A DNA stretch of 64,000 nt from Alphaproteobacteria bacterium (GCA_044223515.1 JBGALV010000003.1:37821-101820), one strand, 5' to 3'. Counted from the stretch's first letter, positions 1 through 9,881 are shown. Program-made: numbers and translations. Notes: a model not told the origin generated them from the letters alone.

Positions 1-226
1 GCGCCGGAGCCTCCCGCGGTCGCGAGGCCACCGCCGGAGCGGGCTCGGGCATCGACGGCGGCACCGGAGCGGAAGCAGATAGTGCGGCGGGAACCGGAGC
101 CGGGGCGACGGCGGCCGGTTCCGGGGCCGGGTCGATCCGTGCGTAGGTCGGCGCCTGAATCGGAGCTGCCTGGCCCGGACGGCGGATGATCGAGGCGTCC
201 ATCTGTGGGCGGGATTTCGGGCTCAT
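1..226 (-). CDS. Pro/Ala-rich partition partner protein (ParG/ParB-like adaptor), partial, runs off the window
   Basis: ATG at 226 overlaps the parA stop (ATGA). Manual translation MSPKSRPQMDASIIRRPGQAAPIQAP... is open to the edge. Position and low-complexity N-terminus fit type Ib partition adaptors (inference). Confidence 0.6.
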   Translation of the reverse strand, partial: MSPKSRPQMDASIIRRPGQAAPIQAPTYARIDPAPEPAAVAPAPVPAALSASAPVPPSMPEPAPAVASRPREAPA

Positions 227-903
227 GTGGTCTCTCCGGCGCGGAGGTTACTGGCCGGCGCGCCGCGCGCGCGGCGAAGCTGGCGGTCGATGTAGTCGTA
301 GAGCTGTCGGACTTCCTTGGTCGCCTGCCCGCCTGGATCGTGCTCGGTGGCCGAGAGGCCCTCGATCATCGCTTCCGAGTAGACGATCCGGTCGATCAGG
401 TCGACCGGCGCGACCTTGCCATGCTGGGCCAGGACCCGGGCCGCGTCACCCTTGAGCCGCGTGCGCGCCTTGGCTGCATTCACGACGAGCACCAGCGGCT
501 TCCCCGCCTCCTCGACGATGTCGATGGTCGGGCCGACGGCCTCGAGGTCGAGCGGCGAGGGGCGGGCCGGAACCACCACCAGATCTGCGGCCGACACGCA
601 GGCCCGGGTGACGTCGAGGAAGGCCGGCGGCGTGTCGATGACGACCAGTCGGATCCCGGAAGCCATGGCCGCCTCGATGGCGCCGGACAGGTCGCCGTTC
701 TCGCAGGCCAGCATTACGGGCCCGGTCTCACCTTTCCGCCGGTTGTAGAGGTGGCTGAGGCTGCCCTGCGGGTCCATGTCGATCATGGCCGCCGGGCCGT
801 GGCCCGCCGCTTCGGCCGCCGCCGCCAGATTGAGGGTGAGGGTGGTTTTGCCGACCCCGCCCTTGGTCGCCGCGACGGTGATGACGGGAATTCGATCGCT
901 CAT
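223..903 (-). CDS. parA: ParA-family partition ATPase (short, type Ib-like)
   Basis: Deviant Walker A KGGVGKTT, DMDPQGS and IDTPP motifs; 226 aa with no N-terminal HTH. Confidence 0.92.
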   Translation of the reverse strand: MSDRIPVITVAATKGGVGKTTLTLNLAAAAEAAGHGPAAMIDMDPQGSLSHLYNRRKGETGPVMLACENGDLSGAIEAAMASGIRLVVIDTPPAFLDVTRACVSAADLVVVPARPSPLDLEAVGPTIDIVEEAGKPLVLVVNAAKARTRLKGDAARVLAQHGKVAPVDLIDRIVYSEAMIEGLSATEHDPGGQATKEVRQLYDYIDRQLRRARGAPASNLRAGETT

Positions 904-1160
904 GCGAACAGTCGCCCCAAGAGTTCAGTCTAACGGACGCGAGGGCGACGAGCGATCATTCGCATGAAACAATCATCGCCCCATTCGCCCGAGCACCTGT
1001 GCGCAAAATTTCACAGATCGCTTTGAGCGTCCATTCTCTCGATGCGCGTTACGCGATTTTCGCTCTTGTTCGCATCAGTCGCATGTCTCTTCAAGCTTTA
1101 TCAATGGCTTATATTATCTCTTCGCGATTGTTCGCATGAGTGACTAATCGCCTATGCGAA
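902..1160. repeat. TTCGCAT/ATGCGAA repeat cluster upstream of parA (candidate centromere/operator)
   Basis: TTGTTCGCAT at 1066-1075 and 1128-1137; inverted ATGCGAACA at 902-910; TTCGCAT at 959-965; ATGCGAA at 1154-1160. The region is comparatively AT-rich. Confidence 0.55.
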
Positions 1161-1162
1161 AT

Positions 1163-2278
1163 TTACGTGTTGTCAAGTTCAGGCCGCCGACGCCTCATCT
1201 CCGACAGGCGAAGCGTTACCCGACGTATGACGTCGTCGCTTTCCGAGATCACGGAGCGGAGGGAGGAGATCTGGGCGGCGGAAAGGGGCGAGGTCTGCCC
1301 GGCGCTGGCAACCGGTGGGGAGAGGCGAGCCGGCTCCGGAAACACCGTCTCGCCGGCCGAACGGGGTAGGTGATGGACCTGGTCCTGGAGTGACGCCAGA
1401 TCGGCCGCGATCAGGACCCGCCAGGATCGGCGCGACAGGGGCGCGACGACGATTCTCAGCTCCTTGAGTTCGTCGAGCAGCTTCGAGGCGCCTCGCAGGC
1501 TCACCCCGAGGACCCGGGAAACCTGTCGGGGCGACTGCACCGGGTGGGCGACGAGGAGATCGATGACCTCCGGCAACCGCGAATTCCGCCGCCGGGGGCC
1601 TACCTTGGCGTGCCAGGATCGCCATAGGCCGGTCAGCGCCTCCAACTCCCGGATGCCGGCGGCGGCCGCTTCTCCCAATTCCTGCAAGGCGCGGGAGGTC
1701 CAGGCCTTCGCCGGATAGCTCCCGACGGCTCCGGCGGCGCGCCTCAGCCCCCCGGCGAGCCAGGGGACAGGGGATCCGGTAAGGCCTCGAACTGCCAGGA
1801 AGGAGGGCAGGGCGGTCATGGCTGCGCTGGCCGCCTGGCCCGCCTCCAACCATGACCGGAAGGCCATGACCGCCCCCAGGAGGGCAGGGGCGCCGACCAC
1901 GGCATGAAATCCGGCGAGGGCGTCCTCGATGTCGAGGGACTCCGCCTCCATCGCCCCGCCTTCGGACGACGGCCCACCAACCGACCGCTGGATCCGCCGC
2001 AAGGCTGTGATCGCCCGGTTGTCGGTCCCGAAATCCTTGACGCGATTGACCGGCAACCCTCCGGCCAAGGCGAAAAGACGTTCTATTTCAAAAAGATATC
2101 CGTCTGCCGCGAGGCATGCGATCGTCGCCGGATACGCGCTTCGCCGAGCCCAGGCATCGCCCAGCCAGCTCCGGGCAACGGCCTGATCGAGGCGACCGAC
2201 CGACGCCGCGGCGCGCTCGAGATCGGCCCCGCAAACGGCGGCAAGCTGCTGCCAATCAGAAAGAGGTCGCTCCAGCAT
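1163..2278 (-). CDS. DUF1612/HTH (RHE_PE00001-like) plasmid protein
   Basis: C-terminal RRNSRLPEVIDLLVAHP...VSLRGASKLLDEL HTH resembles this family; transcribed divergently from a recombinase, as on rhizobial plasmids. Confidence 0.65.
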   Translation of the reverse strand: MLERPLSDWQQLAAVCGADLERAAASVGRLDQAVARSWLGDAWARRSAYPATIACLAADGYLFEIERLFALAGGLPVNRVKDFGTDNRAITALRRIQRSVGGPSSEGGAMEAESLDIEDALAGFHAVVGAPALLGAVMAFRSWLEAGQAASAAMTALPSFLAVRGLTGSPVPWLAGGLRRAAGAVGSYPAKAWTSRALQELGEAAAAGIRELEALTGLWRSWHAKVGPRRRNSRLPEVIDLLVAHPVQSPRQVSRVLGVSLRGASKLLDELKELRIVVAPLSRRSWRVLIAADLASLQDQVHHLPRSAGETVFPEPARLSPPVASAGQTSPLSAAQISSLRSVISESDDVIRRVTLRLSEMRRRRPELDNT

Positions 2279-2437
2279 CTTGTACGTAATTTACAGTTAC
2301 GTTCACTTTGCGGACAGGCGAAATCGCGCCCCCGCCGCTGGGAGACGGACTCTTGGCCGTATCGACGGACAAGAAGAAGGTCCCATCCGCTCACGGCGCC
2401 GACGGCCGCGAAGCCGCCTCCCTCCGGAGGCCAAAGC

Positions 2438-2471
2438 AATCCGTCCGATAATCGTGTCTATCGGACGTATT
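2438..2471. other. lox-like recombination site (13-8-13)
   Basis: AATCCGTCCGATA-ATCGTGTC-TATCGGACGTATT: 13-bp inverted arms with one mismatch and an asymmetric 8-bp spacer, 38 bp upstream of the recombinase start. Confidence 0.8.
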
Positions 2472-2509
2472 TGACTGGGCCTCTCGACTGAGAGCCCTAT
2501 GCTTCTCGG

Positions 2510-4342
2510 ATGAGCTCCGAAGACGACCGGGCTGGCACGCCCCTGGGCACAGCGGCGCCGGCCGTCCCCCCGGTCGGCGAAGGGATCACTGGGAACGAGG
2601 CGGACCTCGCCGGACACGCCTTCAAGGCCTACGCCTTTTCCGCCCAGGCACGCGCGCCCAACACCCAGCGAGCCTACCGCTCGTCCTTCGCCGACTACGT
2701 CGCCTGGTGCGACCGCCTGGGCATCGTGCCGCTCTCGGGCGACCCCCAGCTCGTCGGCATGTATCTGGCCGGCCTGCCCGAGCGACAGTTCAAATATGCG
2801 ACCATTCGCATGAGGCTCTCCGCCATCGCCGCCGCCCATAGGACCGCCGGGCTCGTCCTCGACCTCAAGGATCCCCGGATCTCGCGCGTCATGGACGGAA
2901 TTGCCCGCACCGTCGGGACCCGGGCGATGCAGGCGCGACCGGTTCTCGCCGACGAGCTCGCCCTCATGATGCGGGCGCTGCCGCCGACGTCCCTCGGTAC
3001 CCGCGACCGCGCGCTTCTTCTGATCGGGTTCGGCGCCGCGATGCGGCGCTCCGAGCTCGTCGCCCTCGATCTCGCCGACCTCACCGTCACCGACAGCGGC
3101 CTCAAAGTGCTGATCCGCTTCTCCAAGACAGACCAAGTCGGGGCGGGAGAGGAGGTCGGCATCCACCGCTCGGCCGACCCGAAGCTGTGCCCGGTGAAGG
3201 CGCTCCAGACGTGGCTGGCGCTGCGCGGGCACGAACCGGGTGCGCTCTTCCACCAGATCACCCGGAGCGGCCGAGTGAGGCCGGTCCGGCTTTCCGATCG
3301 AGGCGTCGCCCGCGCTGTCAAGGCGGCGGCGATCGGCGCCGGCCTGGAGCCTGATCGCTATGCCGGGCACAGTCTTCGCGCCGGCCTCGCCACCTCCGCC
3401 TCGAATGCCGGCGCCGACCTCATGCAGATCATGAACCAGACCCGGCACCGCTCGGTCGACACCGCGCGCCGCTACGTCCGCGACGCCGAGATCTGGCGCA
3501 ACAACGTCACCCGCATGGTGCTGCCCCAGTCGGCCGATCCGGCCTTGCCGCCGGCGAAGCAGAACGAAGCACCGGCCCGTGAGACGGCGCACCCGGCTTT
3601 TCCTCAACCCGACGATCTCGATGCGCCGCTCTGGCGCTACCTCACCTTCGAGAAGTTCACCTGGCTGCTGCGCGAAAGCCGCCTCTACATGGCCTCGGCT
3701 GCCGACCTCGGCGAGCCGCTCGAAGGCACCTCGCCAGCCGGCGAGATCAAGTTCTGGGGTGACGCGCTAGCCCGCGCCGAGACAGACGAGATCCGCGCGA
3801 CCGTGATCCAAAATCGCCGGGTCGTGCGCGATATCGTCGAGCAGTGGCGCCAGGGCTACTACGTCAGCTGCTGGCGCCAGGGCGCCGGCGACAGCCGCGC
3901 GATGTGGGCCTGCTACGCTGCCAAGCCGGACTCGGTTGCGATCCGCACCACCTACCGCGCGCTTCGAGCCCAAGTGCCTGACTACGCCTTCATGGGCGTC
4001 GTCCGCTACATCGACTACGGCAGCAGCACGCTGCCGACGATGAACCTATTTCACCACATCACGCACAAGGACCTGCATTACGATTTCGAGCGCGAGGTGC
4101 GCGTCGTCGTGCAGAAGCCGTGGGACCATCAGCCCCTGTTCGAAGACAACCACTTCGAGTCCACGACCACGCCGGGATTGCTGGCGCATGCGCCTCCGGT
4201 CGATCTCGCTGACCTGGTTCGCGGCGTGGTGCTTCATCCCGAAGCGTCGGGCGCTGACGTGGACAAGATCCGAGCCCTTTGCGCCGAGCACGGCCTCCCG
4301 GCCCCCGAACCGTCGCGGCAGCTGCGCCGTCCGATCTTTTGA
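2510..4342 (+). CDS. Cre-like tyrosine recombinase with C-terminal DUF2971-like domain
   Basis: Catalytic motifs RRSEL, SKTDQ, HSLRAG, TRHRS, RRY are intact. After about aa 370: LWRYLTFEKF...SCW...AMW..Y...K...FEREVR, the DUF2971-like pattern. Confidence 0.88.
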   Translation: MSSEDDRAGTPLGTAAPAVPPVGEGITGNEADLAGHAFKAYAFSAQARAPNTQRAYRSSFADYVAWCDRLGIVPLSGDPQLVGMYLAGLPERQFKYATIRMRLSAIAAAHRTAGLVLDLKDPRISRVMDGIARTVGTRAMQARPVLADELALMMRALPPTSLGTRDRALLLIGFGAAMRRSELVALDLADLTVTDSGLKVLIRFSKTDQVGAGEEVGIHRSADPKLCPVKALQTWLALRGHEPGALFHQITRSGRVRPVRLSDRGVARAVKAAAIGAGLEPDRYAGHSLRAGLATSASNAGADLMQIMNQTRHRSVDTARRYVRDAEIWRNNVTRMVLPQSADPALPPAKQNEAPARETAHPAFPQPDDLDAPLWRYLTFEKFTWLLRESRLYMASAADLGEPLEGTSPAGEIKFWGDALARAETDEIRATVIQNRRVVRDIVEQWRQGYYVSCWRQGAGDSRAMWACYAAKPDSVAIRTTYRALRAQVPDYAFMGVVRYIDYGSSTLPTMNLFHHITHKDLHYDFEREVRVVVQKPWDHQPLFEDNHFESTTTPGLLAHAPPVDLADLVRGVVLHPEASGADVDKIRALCAEHGLPAPEPSRQLRRPIF

Positions 4343-4524
4343 GAGGCGTTCGCCGCGTTCGATACAGGCGTCTATCTCACTACGGCTGACGTAGCAGGTT
4401 CCAGGCGATCTATGCGACTGTGCGCCCCGAGCGACAAGCCGTCGCCTGGGTCATCCTCGATGCCGCGTCCCGACATCCATTGCCAAGCTTCCGCTTCCAG
4501 GAGCGGGGGCTCGAAGCAGGCCGC

Positions 4525-5727
4525 GTGAGCCCTCCCGGCACTCCTTTGCCGCGCCTCGGCATCCGCTGGACCTTCACCAGCTTCACGGGATGGGGCGTGT
4601 TCGGTCTCAATCTGGCTCGCGATCTCACGCGTCGCGGCCTGGCCACCCCGGTGCCGCTCTACACCGAGGATCTTTTGACCGACGAGGCGAGGAGTGACCC
4701 CGTGCTCGCGCCGGCGCTGGCAGCGCAGCACGAGGTCGCGCCGCGCCTGGCGACGGGCGGCCGGCTTCACCTCGATTTCCCGGTTCTGCACGGGCTCGGA
4801 AACGGCCTCGGCGCCGGTCAGCTCAGCAGCCAGGTCTTCGGCACGCCGGACATCGGCATGGTCTTTCTCGAAGATACGCGTCCCGGCGACGCCGTGACCC
4901 AGGCGGCTCGCTATCGCCTCCTGCTCGCCGGGTCCACGTGGAACGGCGACGTGCTGCGCGGTTTCGGCATTTCGCATGTCGCCGTCTGCCCGCAGGGTGT
5001 CGACACGGCCCTGTTCCGGCCGCAGCCGCGCCGTGGCGTCTTCGGCGACCGCTTCACGATCTTCTCGGGCGGCAAGCTCGAGTTCAGAAAGGGGCAGGAC
5101 ATCGTCATCGCCGCCTTCCGCATGTTCCGTGCGCGGCATCCCGACGCCCTGCTGCTCACCGCCTGGTCCTCGCCCTTTCCCGGTGCCGCCGACGATCTGG
5201 CGCAGTCGCCTCACCGCACGGGAGCGCCTGTAGCCGCCGACGATCCGGAGTCGGTGTCCCGCTGGCTGGCTCAGAACGGCATCCCGCTGGACAGCATGGC
5301 GCTGTTGCCGGCGATCTCGAACGAGGCCATGGCCTCGTGGCTCGGCGATGTCGACGCCGCCGTCTTCGTCAGCCGCGCGGAGGGTGGCACCAATCTCGCG
5401 GCAATGGAGGCGCTTGCCTGCGGGGTGCCGACCATCCTTTCCGCCAACACCGGGCACCGCGACCTGATCGCCTCGGTTCCGTGCGTCGCGCTCGACCGTC
5501 AGTCGGCCATATCGGCCGGCCCCACGGCTGCCGGAACGGCCGGTTGGGGCGAGACCGACCCGATGGACGTGGTCGAGGCGCTGGAGCAGCTTTACGCGCG
5601 GCGCGAGGAGGCGAGGGCGATGGGGCGGGAAGCGGCGGCGGCCATGGCGTCGACTTGGTCCTGGCCCCGGCGCATCGATGGGATGCTTTCCGCTCTGGCC
5701 GAAACCGGCGCCTGGCCGCACGCATGA
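4525..5727 (+). CDS. GT4-family glycosyltransferase
   Basis: GGKLEFRKGQD and SRAEGGTNLAAMEALACG (EX7E) motifs. Start placed at GTG 4525; the ORF is open from 4420. Confidence 0.85.
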   Translation: MSPPGTPLPRLGIRWTFTSFTGWGVFGLNLARDLTRRGLATPVPLYTEDLLTDEARSDPVLAPALAAQHEVAPRLATGGRLHLDFPVLHGLGNGLGAGQLSSQVFGTPDIGMVFLEDTRPGDAVTQAARYRLLLAGSTWNGDVLRGFGISHVAVCPQGVDTALFRPQPRRGVFGDRFTIFSGGKLEFRKGQDIVIAAFRMFRARHPDALLLTAWSSPFPGAADDLAQSPHRTGAPVAADDPESVSRWLAQNGIPLDSMALLPAISNEAMASWLGDVDAAVFVSRAEGGTNLAAMEALACGVPTILSANTGHRDLIASVPCVALDRQSAISAGPTAAGTAGWGETDPMDVVEALEQLYARREEARAMGREAAAAMASTWSWPRRIDGMLSALAETGAWPHA

Positions 5728-7949
5728 CCGAGGACGAGGGCTCGACGATTGCCCGTCTCTATGGCGAAGCGCTTGCCCGCGCCGACGCCGGTGACCTCGT
5801 CAATGCTCGCGGAAATCTCCGGCGTACGGTGGCCTTCCGTCCGTCCATGCCCGAACTCGCTATCGCCCTCGGAACGGTTGCGCTTCGTGCGAACGACCCG
5901 GCGGGGGCGCTTTGCCACTTCTCGCGTTCCCTCGCGCTCGATCCGCTCGGCGCTCACGGACTCTACAATCATGCTCTGACCCTCGACCGCTTCGACGTCG
6001 TACGCGCAGCAAGGGGGTTTCGCCAAGCGCTCGTCCGGGCCCCGGACCTCGCCGCCGCTCAAGCCGGCCTCGGCCGTACGGCGCTCCGGTCGGAGAAGCC
6101 TCTGGACGCGATGGTCCACCTGCGGCGGGCGATCTCGTCCACGCCGAGCGACCCCGACCTTCATGTAGATCTCGGCCACGCGCTTCGTGCGGCTGGACGG
6201 CACCCGTCTGCAATCGCCAGCTATCGAGAGGCCGTACGCCTCGCGCCCAATGCCGCCGAACCCCTGGTCAATCTCGCCGGGGGGCTGGCTCAGACCGGAC
6301 GCATGGCGGAAGCGGAGGCGAAATGCCGCAAGGCACTGGCTCTCATGCCGGCCGCGAGCGTCGCCTTCCACAACCTCGCCGAAGCGACGACCGGCGCCCT
6401 CCAGAGCACGGCCCTGATCCGCGCCCTGGCGATAGAACCGGACTTCGCGGCGGCTCATCTCAATCTCGGCGTCCTCCGTCATGCTCAGGACCGGCTCGAG
6501 GAGGCCCGTCTCCACTATCGCGCCGCGATCGCTCTCGCGCCCGAGACGGCGAGGGCCCACCACAACGCCGGCGCCCTGCTGATGCAGCGGGGCGAGACGG
6601 GCAGGGCGGTCCCGCTGTTCCGACGTGCAGTGGCGCTCGACCCGAGCAGCCCGACGCTGACGAGCGATCTTCTTTTCTGCCTCTGCTTCATCGAGAAGCC
6701 CGATCTCGATGCGATCTTCCTGGAGCATCGTCGGTTCGCCTCTCGCTTCGTCCACGACCCGACCGTCGGGTCCGCCTTCAGGAACAATCGCGATCCCGCT
6801 CGCGTCCTTCGCATCGGCTATGTTTCTTCGAACCTGCATCGTCATCCCGTCGGCCACGCGCTGCTCGGACTTTTCGAGCATCAGGATCGCAAGCAGATCG
6901 AGATCACAGCCTATGCGGGGCCTGCGCCGATGGACGAGATGGCCCGGCGCCTGCGGGCGGCGACCGACCGCTGGATCGATACGGGCGGAATGGCGGACGA
7001 CGAGCTCGCGGCGCGGGTGCGCCGGGACGGAATCGACATCCTCGTCGATTGCATCGGCCACCTGCCGCAGGGGCGGCTGCTCGCCTTCGGGCAGCGGGCG
7101 GCACCGATCCAGATCGGCTTCCCGGTCTATCCCAACACGACCGGACTTTCGGAGATGGACTACCGGATCGCCGACGCCGAGATCGCACCGGCCATCGCCG
7201 ACCGCCACCACACCGAGCGCCTGATCAGGCTTCCGGACGTCTATGCCTGCCATCACCCGGCCGACGACTCGGTGGCGCCGGCATCGGGCCCGCCTTTCGA
7301 CCGAACCGGCGTCTTCACCTTCGCCTCGTTCAACAACCCGGCGAAGCTTGGAGACGCGGTCCTGACCGCCTGGGCCGAGATCCTGCGGCGCACGCCGAAG
7401 GCGCGCCTCCTTCTCAAATGGCGTGTCCTCGACCGGACGTCAGCTCCCGTTGCCGGGTTGCAGCGTCTAGGAATCGCGCCGGAGCGGATCGTCGTTTCAG
7501 GCTGGTCGGCGAGCGCCTATGCGCCTTACCTCGACGTCGACTGCTGCCTCGACCCCTTCGTCAACGGGGGCAACACCACCTATGACGCCCTCTGGATGGG
7601 CGTGCCGGTCCTCAGCCTACGGGGCCCCCATCTCTTCGCGCGAGTCGGATCCAGCCTGCTTCGGCAGGTAGGCTTGAGCGAGCTGGTCGTCGACAGCGTC
7701 GACGCCTATATCGATACAGCCGTGGCCCTCGCGGGAGACGAGGAAAGACTGCGTCGGGTCCGCCATGGGCTCCGGGAGCGCGTGGCAGCGTCCGCCCTGG
7801 CCGACGGACCACGCTATGCGGCACATGTCGACACGGCCTATCGGGCGGTCTGGCGGCGCTGGTGCGACGGTCTGGCGCCGGCGGCGCTGACGCTGGGACG
7901 GGATGGGGGGATTGCCTGGTCGGCAGAGACGGCCACCGCCGTCTCTTGA
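5724..7949 (+). CDS. TPR + GT41 (OGT/SPINDLY-like) protein glycosyltransferase
   Basis: ATGA-coupled start at 5724; multiple TPRs; RIGYVSSNLHRHPV, FASFNNPAKL, DALWMGVPV. Confidence 0.9.
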   Translation: MTEDEGSTIARLYGEALARADAGDLVNARGNLRRTVAFRPSMPELAIALGTVALRANDPAGALCHFSRSLALDPLGAHGLYNHALTLDRFDVVRAARGFRQALVRAPDLAAAQAGLGRTALRSEKPLDAMVHLRRAISSTPSDPDLHVDLGHALRAAGRHPSAIASYREAVRLAPNAAEPLVNLAGGLAQTGRMAEAEAKCRKALALMPAASVAFHNLAEATTGALQSTALIRALAIEPDFAAAHLNLGVLRHAQDRLEEARLHYRAAIALAPETARAHHNAGALLMQRGETGRAVPLFRRAVALDPSSPTLTSDLLFCLCFIEKPDLDAIFLEHRRFASRFVHDPTVGSAFRNNRDPARVLRIGYVSSNLHRHPVGHALLGLFEHQDRKQIEITAYAGPAPMDEMARRLRAATDRWIDTGGMADDELAARVRRDGIDILVDCIGHLPQGRLLAFGQRAAPIQIGFPVYPNTTGLSEMDYRIADAEIAPAIADRHHTERLIRLPDVYACHHPADDSVAPASGPPFDRTGVFTFASFNNPAKLGDAVLTAWAEILRRTPKARLLLKWRVLDRTSAPVAGLQRLGIAPERIVVSGWSASAYAPYLDVDCCLDPFVNGGNTTYDALWMGVPVLSLRGPHLFARVGSSLLRQVGLSELVVDSVDAYIDTAVALAGDEERLRRVRHGLRERVAASALADGPRYAAHVDTAYRAVWRRWCDGLAPAALTLGRDGGIAWSAETATAVS

Positions 7950-8049
7950 ATACCAGCCCCGGCGCTTTGATGTATCATCGTCGCTGCCCAACATCGCCGC
8001 CTGACGCATGCAAGGCAGCCCCGGTCGGATGACCGGCGTGGCCCCATAA

Positions 8050-9255
8050 ATGACGAGGAACGAGTCCGTGTCGCTTCACTCCTGCAGCCGTTGCGTGATG
8101 CCGGAAACGGCCGAGTCTCTGTCGTTCAGCAAGGAAGGCGTCTGCTCCGTCTGCCGTCAGATCGAGGTCAAACAGACCGTCATCGACTGGAGCGAGCGCG
8201 GGGAAGAGCTGAAGCGCATCGCCGACTCCGTGCGCGGCAAGGGCGACTACGACTGTATCGTGCCGTTCTCCGGCGGCAAGGACTCGACCTATACGCTCTG
8301 GTACGTGGTCAAGGAGCTCAAACTGAAGCCGCTGGTGGTGCGTTTCGACCACGGCTTCCTTCGGCCCACCGTCATCGACAACAGCCTGAAGACCTTTCGC
8401 CTGCTCGGCGTCGACGTGCTCCACTTCACGCCGAACTGGCAGGTCGTGCGCAAGCTGATGTTCGAGTCGTTGCGTCGGCGCGGTGACTTCTGCTGGCACT
8501 GCCACACCGGCATCTATTCCTACCCGATGTGGGTAGCGACCTGGCAGAGCGTGCCGCTGATCATCTGGGGCGAACCTTCGGCCGAGTACGCCTCATTCTA
8601 CAAGTACGACGAGATCGAGGTTCACGACGAGGAACGCTACAACCTCATCATCAACCTCGGGATCAACCCCGAGGACATGCAGGGCATGCTCGACGATACG
8701 ATCTCGCCGTATCCCGTCACCGCGCGCGACCTAAAGCCCTATGCCATGCCGCCGATGTCTCTTCTCAAGGAGAAGGGTGTGCGTCAAATGTTCCTCGGCA
8801 ACTACATTCCCTGGGACGTCCGCAAGCAGGTCGACATCGTCAAGCGCGAGCTCGACTGGAAGGGCGATCAGGTCGAAGGCATCCCGCCGGACTACGACTA
8901 CGAGAAGATCGAGTGCTTCCTCCAGGGCGTGCGCGACTACATCAAGTTCCTGAAGCGCGGCTTCGGCCGCACGGCCCACCTGGCGTCAATCGACATCCGC
9001 AACGGCCGCATGTCACGCGAGAAGGGGGCAGAGCTGGTCGCCGCCTATGACGGGCGGAGGCCGCCATCGCTCGATCTCTTCCTCGACTTCCTCGGCATCG
9101 ACGAGCCGCGCTTCATGGAGATCGTCGCGCCGCATGTCGTGCATCCTCACGAAATGCCAACCCTCGACGAGGTCAAGGCGTCTGCACAGAACTGGCGCAC
9201 ATGGGACTACGACCAGTGGTCGCGCGCCGGCCGGTCGACCAAGACCGAGGCCTGA
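8050..9255 (+). CDS. N-acetyl sugar amidotransferase (WbuX/PseA-like)
   Basis: CxxC pairs, PP-loop SGGKDS and CWHCH; followed by HisH- and HisF-like genes. Confidence 0.9.
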   Translation: MTRNESVSLHSCSRCVMPETAESLSFSKEGVCSVCRQIEVKQTVIDWSERGEELKRIADSVRGKGDYDCIVPFSGGKDSTYTLWYVVKELKLKPLVVRFDHGFLRPTVIDNSLKTFRLLGVDVLHFTPNWQVVRKLMFESLRRRGDFCWHCHTGIYSYPMWVATWQSVPLIIWGEPSAEYASFYKYDEIEVHDEERYNLIINLGINPEDMQGMLDDTISPYPVTARDLKPYAMPPMSLLKEKGVRQMFLGNYIPWDVRKQVDIVKRELDWKGDQVEGIPPDYDYEKIECFLQGVRDYIKFLKRGFGRTAHLASIDIRNGRMSREKGAELVAAYDGRRPPSLDLFLDFLGIDEPRFMEIVAPHVVHPHEMPTLDEVKASAQNWRTWDYDQWSRAGRSTKTEA

Positions 9256-9881
9256 TGCGTCTCTCGATCGTCGACTGCGGCGTCAACAACCTCGCATCGG
9301 TCAGCAATGCGGTGGCCGCCGCCGGCTTCTCGCCAGAGGTCGTGACCGAACCTGAACAGGTTCTTGCCGCCGATCGCCTGGTGCTGCCGGGCATCGGCGC
9401 CGCCGCCGAAGCGCTGAATCGTCTGCGATCGCGCGGCCTCGACCAAGCCCTGGACGAAGCGGTGCGCCGGCGTGGCCGCCCTCTGCTCGGGATCTGCCTC
9501 GGCATGCAGATGCTGGCGGAGCGGCTTCTCGAGTACGGAGAGCACAAAGGCCTCGGCTGGATCGCGGGCGACGTGGTCGGGCTCGATACCATCGCCGGCT
9601 TCGGCGAGCGTTCGCCGCACATGGGCTGGAACACGATCGACGCGGACGAGTCAGCCGACGCGCTGCTCGGCCGGCCGCGCGGCGAGCGCAGCTACTATTT
9701 CTGCCATTCCTACACGCTGGTGACTCCGGACGCAGGCAGCGTCATCGCCACGACCGATCACGGCCGCCCCCTTGTCGCCGCGATCCGCTTCGACAGCGTC
9801 GTCGCCACCCAGTTCCATCCCGAGCGCAGCCACGTCAACGGCGCCCGGCTGCTCGCGGCTTTCGGTGCGTGGACACCATGA
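9255..9881 (+). CDS. hisH: HisH-like glutamine amidotransferase subunit (WbuY-like)
   Basis: LPGIG, GICLGMQ, PHMGWN, QFHPE; start overlaps the upstream stop. Confidence 0.9.
   Translation: MRLSIVDCGVNNLASVSNAVAAAGFSPEVVTEPEQVLAADRLVLPGIGAAAEALNRLRSRGLDQALDEAVRRRGRPLLGICLGMQMLAERLLEYGEHKGLGWIAGDVVGLDTIAGFGERSPHMGWNTIDADESADALLGRPRGERSYYFCHSYTLVTPDAGSVIATTDHGRPLVAAIRFDSVVATQFHPERSHVNGARLLAAFGAWTP

Noticed and set aside
2303-3607. 434-aa minus-strand ORF
   Set aside because: Antisense shadow of the recombinase; no recognisable motifs. Long shadow ORFs are expected at this GC content.
4938-5723. N-terminal extension giving a 1003-aa ORF
   Set aside because: Arg-rich off-frame read of the GT4 gene; the coupled start at 5724 fits better. 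The same applies to the extensions to 23433, 39998, 49801, 55685 and 61234 and from 45790.
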